The notes under the pieces: generated by a model
The model's database searches: none
Told to the model about the DNA's origin: nothing
The model's input: only the letters and a program-made list of their open reading frames with translations
Source of the DNA: a virus
Taxonomy: Duplodnaviria; Caudoviricetes
IMG/VR virus record: IMGVR_UViG_3300009481_000037
Span: 1 to 37,029 of that record
Length of the DNA stretch: 37,029 nucleotides
Reading direction: 5' to 3' (one strand)
Translations under genes and position numbers: made by a program
Shown here: piece by piece, positions 17,223 through 25,056 of the stretch
Layout: each line of letters opens with the position of its first letter
Numbering within the stretch: position 1 is the stretch's first letter

Positions 17223-17956
17223 AGCCATCTCTCCCATCTAATTTTTGGGCTAGGCTTGGACTTTGCATTAATGGCAGCTTGATTCTTTGATTTCCAAACC
17301 CTCGCGCGTTTTTGTCTTAAAGTAATTTTAAAATTCGCAGCCTTATAATAAATTCCGCTTTCATCAGCCCTAGTATATGTAATAATCCTTTTATATCCCA
17401 TTTCCCGCGCCTTCTTGCAAACCGCCCCTACCAACATTGAAGGAATGGGGGAAGCATGTATTGGGTTTTTCGTTGCCAATTCATAGTCGAATTCATCAAA
17501 ATCTTCTTCACCAACAAAGCAAATCCGAGTGATTTCTAGCGTCTTGCCATCGTCTAAATGTCGGTTGATTGGTCGCCCGCATACAGCTATACCATTCAAT
17601 ACCCTATCTGGTTTGACTTCTACGATAAGCTGTCTAAGATCACCATTGATATGGACGTCTAGAACGCGTTGATCTAATTTTGCACTATAAAAAAGGTTAT
17701 GGATGCCAGATTCCCAATCTTCATAGAATTCATCTTCATCCCAATCCCCTTCATAATCTCCCTTAATTGCAAAACGCCCCCGTATTTCATCTTCATTGTC
17801 AAAATCCCAATGATCCAATGATTCGTCTCTAAAAACAGCCAAGGTAAACTTGTGACCTTGTGGTTTGATATTGTGCTTGTGAAACTTATCTACAAGTTCC
17901 TGCGCTTTTCTTAATGGGTATTCTACTATTTCTATATTATTTGTAAGTAAAGTCAT
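17219..17956 (-). CDS. XF1762-family / Mom-like GNAT-fold protein with an acidic insertion
   Basis: FHKH...P.GHKF, G.A..GRP..R.LDDG.TLEITR.C and GYKRIITYT...ESG...KAA.F motifs. Confidence 0.75.
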   Translation of the reverse strand: MTLLTNNIEIVEYPLRKAQELVDKFHKHNIKPQGHKFTLAVFRDESLDHWDFDNEDEIRGRFAIKGDYEGDWDEDEFYEDWESGIHNLFYSAKLDQRVLDVHINGDLRQLIVEVKPDRVLNGIAVCGRPINRHLDDGKTLEITRICFVGEEDFDEFDYELATKNPIHASPIPSMLVGAVCKKAREMGYKRIITYTRADESGIYYKAANFKITLRQKRARVWKSKNQAAINAKSKPSPKIRWERWL

Positions 17957-18237
17957 ATTACCCGCCTTAAATTTTTCCTAAATTCAACTGGCAATAGCTT
18001 TCGTACCTTTGTCTGTATAGATACTATATCTTCAACAAGTACATCTAAACGCGTTGCTAGTTCATCTGCGTCCATGGATTCCGTTTTCACCAACTCAACC
18101 AACTGGTAAGTAATATCACGATTCGTTGGATGTGGATTGTATAAGGGTTGAAGGATTGACTGAATTTCATCTTCAAGCCCAGGTCCTTCTATTTGTTCAT
18201 CATCTTCAGACAAAAGAAAATTTTTAACATAGCTCAT
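17953..18237 (-). CDS. Hypothetical early protein
   Basis: 94 aa; AAGGAGATAGATAATG leader; ATGA-coupled to the next gene. Confidence 0.65.
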   Translation of the reverse strand: MSYVKNFLLSEDDEQIEGPGLEDEIQSILQPLYNPHPTNRDITYQLVELVKTESMDADELATRLDVLVEDIVSIQTKVRKLLPVEFRKNLRRVI

Positions 18238-18284
18238 TATCTATCTCCTTCTTTAGACCAATAACCATATACACATCGTTTTTA

Positions 18285-18515
18285 TTATTCATTGTTAATT
18301 TTTATATTTATTGCTATAGATCCATCCATCCAGTTTTTGATTAATAATTTTATAGCTGCATTCATAGTTAAATCGTTTTCTATACATTTTATTTTAAATT
18401 CTTTTTGTACCCCTTCATTAAGTTTAACTGCTATTACTTTTAAATCTTTGTTTCGTTCTTTACTTCTTTCCCGATCCCACTTTCGGTATTCGTCTGTTTG
18501 ATATGGTGTTTTCAT
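18285..18515 (-). CDS. Ribbon-helix-helix-like small DNA-binding protein
   Basis: KVIAVKL.E....EFK.KC......M...I..LI..W pattern. Confidence 0.6.
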   Translation of the reverse strand: MKTPYQTDEYRKWDRERSKERNKDLKVIAVKLNEGVQKEFKIKCIENDLTMNAAIKLLIKNWMDGSIAINIKINNE

Positions 18516-18725
18516 TATCTATCTCCCAAGTTTTTATTACAATAATCACACGAACTTCCTTCATAATTGATTACTGAATGATGTAAATGTTTTGGCATAC
18601 ATGCTTTTTCCGCACACGCAGAATCACAAAAAATCTTCCAACCATCACGTCTTTTATTCTTCCATGGATTTGCAGCAACCCTTCCATTAATGGCTTGTGT
18701 TTTCATTATCTATCTCCCAAGTTTT
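18507..18725 (-). repeat. 28-bp direct repeat AAAACTTGGGAGATAGATAATGAAAACA (RBS plus start) at 18507-18534 and 18698-18725, with partial copies near 18235-18248 and 19350-19362
   Basis: Read directly from the sequence. Confidence 0.85.
18515..18706 (-). CDS. Small Cys/His-rich hypothetical protein
   Basis: 63 aa; FCDSAC and CDYC; repeated leader element. Confidence 0.6.
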   Translation of the reverse strand: MKTQAINGRVAANPWKNKRRDGWKIFCDSACAEKACMPKHLHHSVINYEGSSCDYCNKNLGDR

Positions 18726-18727
18726 AA

Positions 18728-18796
18728 GGGGGCAGCCAAGGCTCACCGATTAAGAACCTTGGCAACTAGAGAGGAGTCTAGTTTTGGATACCCCCC
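18728..18796 (-). ncRNA. Putative intergenic three-way-junction RNA element
   Basis: Outer stem GGGGGTA/TGCCCCC enclosing hairpins AACTAGA-CTCCTC-TCTAGTT and GCCAAGGTTC-TTAATCGGT-GAGCCTTGGC. Confidence 0.5.
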
Positions 18797-18800
18797 ATGT

Positions 18801-19343
18801 TTATATTGAAACAGCCTTTTTGAATTGAACAAATGCTTCTGAAAAATCCAACTCATTCAAAATTACTTTTACTTCTTTGCAATCCCTCTTAACAACATCA
18901 ATATGCTTTTGGGTAATAGCCTTGCAACCCTTCCAAGAAAACTCACCACATTTGCCATCATCTTTATTGATGACCAATACCTTGTTTTTCAAAAGTCGTT
19001 TTAATTGCTTAATCATTCTTTGATCTTCATAAATTTCCATGACAAGAATTTCATCATCATAATCATTTAGTGAATTATCAAATGAAGAATGCCATTGCCC
19101 CATTTGCTTAACCAAGGCATCAAAATCCTTACTTGCCCCTTTGATGTATTCCTTCATGGATTCTGTTTTTTGGTCATAATAAACCCAAGAAATTTCAATC
19201 ATGCCACCATTGCCATCATCATAAACTTCGGCAACTTTTTTACCTTTGTAGCAAAGATCAAATCGAATTACATAACCATCATGCCCTTCCATTTCTTGAC
19301 ATTTCTTTGCTGAATAATCAGTTTTTAAAATTGTTTTTGCCAT
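18801..19343 (-). CDS. First early gene, hypothetical protein
   Basis: 180 aa; G.K.A.V.DDG.GG motif; GGGAG RBS. Confidence 0.75.
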   Translation of the reverse strand: MAKTILKTDYSAKKCQEMEGHDGYVIRFDLCYKGKKVAEVYDDGNGGMIEISWVYYDQKTESMKEYIKGASKDFDALVKQMGQWHSSFDNSLNDYDDEILVMEIYEDQRMIKQLKRLLKNKVLVINKDDGKCGEFSWKGCKAITQKHIDVVKRDCKEVKVILNELDFSEAFVQFKKAVSI

Positions 19344-19366
19344 TTTGTTTCTCCCAAGTTTTAGTT

Positions 19367-19424
19367 AAAAAAAAAGGACCCGTCAGAAAAGGCTACTTGG
19401 GAGAAGGCGAGCCTGACGGGTCCT
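19367..19424 (-). terminator. Intrinsic terminator/attenuator within the early leader
   Basis: Perfect 12-bp stem AGGACCCGTCAG/CTGACGGGTCCT followed by a T-run on the minus strand. Confidence 0.75.
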
Positions 19425-19500
19425 AAACTGTTGGGCGTAATCCAACAGGGTTGTCCTAAAATAGTTATTGTGATATTCCCAAGTAGCACTAAAACTAACT
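19367..19500 (-). ncRNA. Putative ~135-nt leader / antisense sRNA
   Basis: Lies between a sigma70 promoter and a terminator; has two hairpins; the terminator loop is complementary to downstream RBSs. Confidence 0.55.
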
Positions 19501-19506
19501 TTTATG

Positions 19507-19536
19507 GTTATATCACAAATATCAAAATTATGTCAA
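19507..19536 (-). promoter_or_regulatory. Sigma70-type early promoter
   Basis: TTGACA-18 nt-TATAAC with an extended -10 TG. Confidence 0.75.
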
Positions 19537-19538
19537 AT

Positions 19539-19751
19539 TTATTTTTTATCTAGCAAATGGTTGAGAATTAAAGAGATATTATCATTAATATTATGAATAT
19601 CATCTTTTGTAGCTATCCTTTCTTCTAACTGTGATAGGCGATCATTTAATACATCCTGGTTCCTAAATACCCTTTTTGTAATAAAGCCTCCTACTAAAGC
19701 CAAAGTCCCTATAAGCATTTCATTCAGTCGATCCATTGTCCTTGCCTTCAA
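19539..19751 (-). CDS. Small single-TM plus coiled-coil protein (holin-like or XhlA-like)
   Basis: LIGTLALVGGFI followed by heptads; the real start may be ATG 19736. Confidence 0.55.
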   Translation of the reverse strand: MKARTMDRLNEMLIGTLALVGGFITKRVFRNQDVLNDRLSQLEERIATKDDIHNINDNISLILNHLLDKK

Positions 19752-20064
19752 TCCTAATAGTTTTGATCTTATCTTGTTTTTGGTCTGCCAGGGAGTTTAC
19801 TCTTAGGTGAACCCCGTTTAGTTTTTCAACTGTTTTGTCTAGATCCACTTTATATTCAGATCGTCCAATGGATGTTAGCCCTAATGTATCTACTTTTTTT
19901 TCTACATCATTAATCTTACTGCCTAGCTGTCTAACCGCTTCATTAATCTGGTCAGAATTGCATTTTTCCTTATCTAGAGCATCCAGTTTCCCTGAAAACT
20001 GCTTAAAAAAATATGCGAATATGGCTACAAAGATGGTCCAGGCGTCGTGTAAATAGTCATCCAT
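19720..20064 (-). CDS. Single-TM plus coiled-coil protein
   Basis: AWTIFVAIFAYFF followed by heptads. Confidence 0.6.
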   Translation of the reverse strand: MDDYLHDAWTIFVAIFAYFFKQFSGKLDALDKEKCNSDQINEAVRQLGSKINDVEKKVDTLGLTSIGRSEYKVDLDKTVEKLNGVHLRVNSLADQKQDKIKTIRIEGKDNGSTE

Positions 20065-20070
20065 TCATCA

Positions 20071-20154
20071 TCAGCTGATTAGCCCGTTGGTTTTTGGAAC
20101 CCAACACGCTGTGAGTAAAAGTAAGGTTAAAAATAAAACGATTATCTTTTGCAT
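20071..20154 (-). CDS. 27-aa lipoprotein-like peptide MQKIIVLFLTLLLLTACWVPKTNGLIS
   Basis: Hand-translated; GAGGG RBS; lipobox LTA-C. Confidence 0.5.
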   Translation of the reverse strand: MQKIIVLFLTLLLLTACWVPKTNGLIS

Positions 20155-20162
20155 GAATCCCT

Positions 20163-20381
20163 CTAGGCCATAGCGTTAAAAAGTGTACCCTTGCCTGATT
20201 CTACCGAACCAATAGGAGCTAAACTTTCAGGCTCAGCTATTGATACATTACCCATGTCCGCAGGAGTTGTCGTTCCAGTAGATCCAGCAGGGGTAATTGC
20301 AGACTGGTTTAAATCCTGGAACGCAGGGGTGTCTAAAACATTTTGAACATCCATTTTTGAATTTACCTTGATAATTTCCAT
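20163..20381 (-). CDS. Hypothetical low-complexity protein
   Basis: 72 aa; TAATG-coupled to the upstream peptide; ends GKGTLFNAMA. Confidence 0.5.
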   Translation of the reverse strand: MEIIKVNSKMDVQNVLDTPAFQDLNQSAITPAGSTGTTTPADMGNVSIAEPESLAPIGSVESGKGTLFNAMA

Positions 20382-20473
20382 TATTGATATAAAGTTTTAT
20401 TTAAACTACTCGCCACCCAATAAAATACACCCAACCAAAATAATATTGATAGAATGACTGACCACCTAATCAT
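20381..20473 (-). CDS. 30-aa single-TM peptide MIRWSVILSILFWLGVFYWVASSLNKTLYQ
   Basis: Hand-translated; fills the gap and overlaps the next start (TAATG). Confidence 0.5.
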   Translation of the reverse strand: MIRWSVILSILFWLGVFYWVASSLNKTLYQ

Positions 20474-20476
20474 CTT

Positions 20477-20896
20477 TTACTGACGCTTTGCAGCTGCGTC
20501 TATGCAAGCCTGTCTCTTATCAGATGCAGTTTTTAAAACTACTTTCTTTTCATCTGCTGTACAACAATCATCAATTTGTGCTTCGATAGAACAGCACATA
20601 CGGTGAGACTTATTCATTTCACAATTTTCTGTACGAATAAGAATTGTTAGACGATCCCTAAGTTGATAATCATTAACTTGTTTAATAACACTAATATCAA
20701 CATCCAAACTAATTTTATCTGGTTGAGTATGACGATACGGCTCCAACTCGGCAGGCCATGCACCAGATGGAAGTGTTTTCAACATATTTGTATACATATC
20801 TATATTGTGTTGATATGAACAACACTCATGCTCTCTCAGAATAACTCCATCAGCTAGCATTTCAATTTTTTTATCTTTACTGATTGTTTCAGACAT
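20477..20896 (-). CDS. Hypothetical Cys-rich protein after the tail fibres (chaperone candidate)
   Basis: 139 aa; AGGAG RBS; three CC pairs. Confidence 0.65.
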   Translation of the reverse strand: MSETISKDKKIEMLADGVILREHECCSYQHNIDMYTNMLKTLPSGAWPAELEPYRHTQPDKISLDVDISVIKQVNDYQLRDRLTILIRTENCEMNKSHRMCCSIEAQIDDCCTADEKKVVLKTASDKRQACIDAAAKRQ

Positions 20897-20908
20897 TTAT
20901 TGTATCTC

Positions 20909-21937
20909 CTATAAGAATGATGTTATTGCCCCGTGATGAATACCACCGCTGGGGATTGTTCCGGGATTAGAATATTTACTACCCCAACCGTTTGAATAAG
21001 CATAAGCAAAAATATATGGGTTGCCTTGAGAACCAACTCAAACAAGTTCCCCGTCATCACTAAACCTTAACCAATTTCCCGTGTTTGCTGGAGGCGATGC
21101 TGGTGCAGACCTTTTTGTTCCGAATCCACTTGAATAAGGATAAGCAGCTACTCTAGGACTTGCATCCTCACCAAACGCGCATTCTGTTCCGTCATCATTA
21201 AAGTCACAAGATTGCATAGGCGATGAAGTTGGCGTTGAACTAGGCGCAGACCTTGCTGTACCCATACCTGATGCAGAAAAAGCCCAAGCATGAACTAAAG
21301 GAGTACTATCCGAACCCGCAATAACTTCAGTGTCATTATTATTAAAAGAACAACTTTGAGATGTATCACTTGCAGTAGAACTAGGATCACTATGTTTAGT
21401 TCCAAATGCCGAGCCAGTCCAAGGATATGTAGCTGCATAAGGAGTACCAGTACCAGTAAACATCAGGTAACCGTTAGTATTACCAAAAGCACAACCCCTT
21501 CCAGCAGTAAAACTTGGTGCTGATGCGGGATAAGATACCTGAGAACCCCAACCACTTGATGAAACAGCCCATACATCTGTACGCTCAGCAGTATCATATG
21601 CGTTTGTTGTAACCATATAATCATCATTAGGGCCAACCTCACCATCATACCCTTGAGTATGGTCCGATGTGGCACCAGTAAATCTAGTACCCCAACCACT
21701 AGTGCTTAAAGGAAAACCACCCCGCTCACTAAACATCGCGCTACTATCTGACAAGGCTGACGTATCTCTAGAAGCACCGTGTGCGCCAGTAGCACTTGAG
21801 TATACAGTTCCAAAACCCACACCTTTCTCCCACGGAACACCATATGGTGACGAAGAACCATTATCAGCGTCTGTGATAATTGTAATCATGCCTCCAGCAG
21901 CAACAGATCCACCCAAAATTAGTTGATGTATGCCCAT
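20909..21937 (-). CDS. Beta-propeller-repeat tail/receptor-binding protein with an in-frame TGA at 21038-21040
   Basis: ~44-aa repeats (F......E...G....P...AY.[WFY]S.G[FW]GT..S.P). The frame continues 42 codons past the TGA with one more repeat and ends at TAG 20909-20911. Confidence 0.7.
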
Positions 21938-22896
21938 TAGCTAATCCCCACTCCTGTTAAGACCCACTCCGTTGCAGCCACTTTCAATAAGTTGACAAGA
22001 GCAGGTGCTGTTATAGTGCGTGAACCTGTACTGTTATCAGGATACCAACGCAGTTCATCGCTTGTTATAGCTAAAGTAATTACACCAGCCCCATCCTGAT
22101 TGACAATAGTTATTGCGGTTCCAACTTCATAAGCAACAGAACTATTGGCGGGAATAGTGAATGTCCTTGCCGAGGTATCAGCAGACGGATGCAAAATATG
22201 TTTTCCAGCATCGGCAATCACAAACGCCTCTGCTGCTGATAAACTGCGTTGAGGTATCTTACTAACGATCTCGCTCACACCAAGTACAGATGGGAACTTA
22301 TCATCAGCGGTTCGTGTGACGTTCTCAGCACTAGTGGATTGTTCTACAAGACCAGCAGCAGAAGTTGTTGCTGCTGTAGCAGTTCCCACCAAAGCCTTGC
22401 CTGATGCCCTTGAGTAATTTACGCAAGTTACTACGTTGGATGCAGTTGAAACAAACTCAGCTACATCACCGGCAGCGGTAGTTATGTTTGCCCCACTAGG
22501 TAAATCAAGCGTACCCGCACCATGCGTCATAATTAATGCGCCAGCAAACTCTAAAAAGAAATGTCGATCTGCCGCTACCGTCATAGCAGAGAATCCAGTA
22601 GTTCCAGTACATATAAAATAATCACCTGTAGTTAAAATTACCGTTGGTGAAGCCGAGGCAATATCAGGCCCCTTTTGCATTTGAATATAATTTCCATTTG
22701 CATCTAAAAAACCTCCCAATGCCGGTGAACTATCTGCCGCTACTGAGGCGATACCTGTGTCAACATCTGTTGCCCAACCTAGATTTAAACTCCCATCTGT
22801 TTTTAAAAGCTGTCCAGCGGAGCCATCTGCCGCAGGCAACACGAAAGCTACACCGCCGGTTTTTTGAATTTTATCTACAACGATTGTAGAAGCCAT
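21937..22896 (-). CDS. Tail fibre-related protein
   Basis: LPAADGSAGQLLKTDG and D.SPALGG.LD.NG fibre junction motifs; C-terminal TIP.N.SVA...GT.I domain. Confidence 0.75.
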   Translation of the reverse strand: MASTIVVDKIQKTGGVAFVLPAADGSAGQLLKTDGSLNLGWATDVDTGIASVAADSSPALGGFLDANGNYIQMQKGPDIASASPTVILTTGDYFICTGTTGFSAMTVAADRHFFLEFAGALIMTHGAGTLDLPSGANITTAAGDVAEFVSTASNVVTCVNYSRASGKALVGTATAATTSAAGLVEQSTSAENVTRTADDKFPSVLGVSEIVSKIPQRSLSAAEAFVIADAGKHILHPSADTSARTFTIPANSSVAYEVGTAITIVNQDGAGVITLAITSDELRWYPDNSTGSRTITAPALVNLLKVAATEWVLTGVGIS

Positions 22897-22910
22897 GCCC
22901 TTTTACTCCT

Positions 22911-24983
22911 TTAAATAATTGTTAAAACGCCATTACCAGCGATTGTCCATACTGCCGTGCTTGTTACCGATATTGTTCCCATTAAAAACATATTTTTAGT
23001 TGATGCTGTAGTTGTTGTCGCATTACCAGAAATAGTGTTGTAATTAGCAAATGTTACGCCAGCCGTTGTAATATCTGATGCTTCAATTGAATCTACATAA
23101 GCCTTAATACTTTCAGAAGTTGCTAATTTAGTAGCACTAGCAGTTCCAAATGTATCGTCATCAATACAATCTGAAATATTAGCCGTAGTTGGGAAATCTA
23201 TATTATTGCCATTTAAATCCAAATCACCGCCAAGTTGAGGAGTACTATCGTCTGCTACATTCATTATTCCTGCGGTTGCAGAAGTTACCGCTACAAATGT
23301 AGTTCCGTTATGTACTTTTAAAACATTATTTGTGGAATCGTACCAGAGGTCTCCTTCATTTGGAGAGCCAGGGGCGGAAGAAGCAATAGAATATGTATCT
23401 CCATAACTATTTATTGAAGATAAATTTGCAGCGCAAGTCGCCATATTCGTAACATTTGCGCTGGTTCCCAACGTGTTCATGTCTGAAACTACGTCCGCGG
23501 TCCCCAGGGTATTTAGGTCGCTAACTACATCAGCTGTGCCAAGGGTATTTAAATCAGTTACGACATCTGCCGTGCCTAAAATTGATAAATCCGTAACAAC
23601 TGCCGAGGTTCCTAATAACCCCATAGCAGTCACATTTGCCGAAGTTCCTAGCAATCCCATAGCAGTCACATTAGCACTCGTCGCCAAGGTATTCATATCA
23701 GAAACCACGTCGGAAGTTGCAAGGGTGTTTAGGTCTGAAACCACGTCCGAGGTCGCCAACGTATTCATATCGCTCACCACATCAGCGGTTCCTAAAATTC
23801 CCATGTCAGTTACAACAGCTGAGGTTCCAAGTAAACCCATAGCTGTTACGTTTGCTGAAGTTCCCAAATGACCCATAGCTGTTACATTCGCTGAAGTTCC
23901 AAGTAAATCCATGTCAGTTACAATAGCTGACGTACCCAGTATCGCCATATCAGCCACGGCGTCAGCAGTTCCTAAACGGCCTATTTCTGTAGCTTTGGCC
24001 GCAACCGCTCCAATGTCTGCCCCATCTGCCGCGACTACTCCAATATCTGAAGCATCTGCCGCGACTGCCGATATATCGCTCGATATTCCGGCACAAGTCG
24101 TGACATTGCTGGCTATTCCAGCCACTGTCGTGACATTTGCTTGGATGCCAGAAACGGTATTAATATGTGTTTGGTCTGAACTTGTTGGCGTGGTTCTCAC
24201 CCAGGCAGAGCCCGTATAGACCATCATTACATTATTGCTACTATTAAAATAAAGCGCTCCCGTAATAAGAGCGTCTCCATCATTATCGACACTAGGATCT
24301 CTTGACTTAGCCCCCAAAAACCTGTCATCAAAATTATCATAACTGGTCGCGGCTGCTGTAGCACTTGACGCACTCGCTGTTGCTGAAGATGCACTTGCAG
24401 TCGCGGAAGATGCACTTGCAGTCGCGGAAGATGCAGCAGCGGTCGCGGAAGCGGCTACCGTTGCAACCTGGTCAACATAATTATCCGTAGAAACGCCGAC
24501 ATTGCCATTTGCATCAAAAACAACTGCCTTGCTTGCTCTAAGGGTTTCTGTTGGGAGTTCAACCGTAGTCCCGGTTGAGTCTGATATGGGAATTTGAATG
24601 GATCTAGAAGTTTGTTCTTGAGCGCGTCTAGAAAGAATAGTATTACGATCTACCATGTCTTCAATGACATTTGGGAAGAAACCCCCGCCATTGACTATAT
24701 CTGACGACTGCGTATACTCAGGTTCATTAACAATAACCAGCTTTTCCCCATTAGCTGGAGGCGTCCCCATAGTAACCGTACCGCCAGGATTATTGTCCTG
24801 GTTTGCATTGAGGCTAACCGTGTAATGAGTAGTCAAACTTTTAACCGATTCAACACCAGATGAATTGGTAAGAGTGACGGTTAAGTCATTCTGGCTAAAT
24901 GTTTTAAATGTTATGGCAAATCCCGTAGTTGAGCCATTTCCTGCAAAAACCGAAGATTTGATTGCTTCTGTTGATATGGTCAC
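22911..24983 (-). CDS. Tail fibre protein with a T7 gp17-like N-terminal adaptor and 13-residue repeats
   Basis: GNGSTT.F.I.F N-domain, SATASAS heptads, GALYFN and GDLWYD knots, D.TPQLGGDLD.NG; GTG start with GGAG RBS. Confidence 0.85.
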   Translation of the reverse strand: MTISTEAIKSSVFAGNGSTTGFAITFKTFSQNDLTVTLTNSSGVESVKSLTTHYTVSLNANQDNNPGGTVTMGTPPANGEKLVIVNEPEYTQSSDIVNGGGFFPNVIEDMVDRNTILSRRAQEQTSRSIQIPISDSTGTTVELPTETLRASKAVVFDANGNVGVSTDNYVDQVATVAASATAAASSATASASSATASASSATASASSATAAATSYDNFDDRFLGAKSRDPSVDNDGDALITGALYFNSSNNVMMVYTGSAWVRTTPTSSDQTHINTVSGIQANVTTVAGIASNVTTCAGISSDISAVAADASDIGVVAADGADIGAVAAKATEIGRLGTADAVADMAILGTSAIVTDMDLLGTSANVTAMGHLGTSANVTAMGLLGTSAVVTDMGILGTADVVSDMNTLATSDVVSDLNTLATSDVVSDMNTLATSANVTAMGLLGTSANVTAMGLLGTSAVVTDLSILGTADVVTDLNTLGTADVVSDLNTLGTADVVSDMNTLGTSANVTNMATCAANLSSINSYGDTYSIASSAPGSPNEGDLWYDSTNNVLKVHNGTTFVAVTSATAGIMNVADDSTPQLGGDLDLNGNNIDFPTTANISDCIDDDTFGTASATKLATSESIKAYVDSIEASDITTAGVTFANYNTISGNATTTTASTKNMFLMGTISVTSTAVWTIAGNGVLTII

Positions 24984-25019
24984 CTTAAATCTCCATGCTT
25001 GAGGTTATATCTCCCTTCA

Positions 25020-25048
25020 ATGATATACATTATCTTGAAAAGTGTCAA
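25020..25048 (-). promoter_or_regulatory. Sigma70-type promoter upstream of the tail fibre module
   Basis: TTGACA-17 nt-TATCAT. Confidence 0.6.
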
Positions 25049-25056
25049 TTTACTAC

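Noticed and set aside
18728-18796. tRNA gene
   Set aside because: Only two internal arms, with no T-loop GTTC consensus in a loop and no 7-nt anticodon arm.
18235-19500. CRISPR-like mini-array from the CTCCCAAGT repeats
   Set aside because: The repeats are separated by whole genes with irregular spacing and coincide with RBSs; there are no cas genes.
21000-21037. Bacterial SECIS hairpin after the in-frame TGA
   Set aside because: Only a weak GTTG/CAAC pairing is visible, which is insufficient to call without a dedicated search.
19539-24983. Diversity-generating retroelement, as in BPP-1
   Set aside because: No reverse transcriptase or Avd-like ORF, and no adenine-mismatched TR/VR pair was noticed near the fibre genes.
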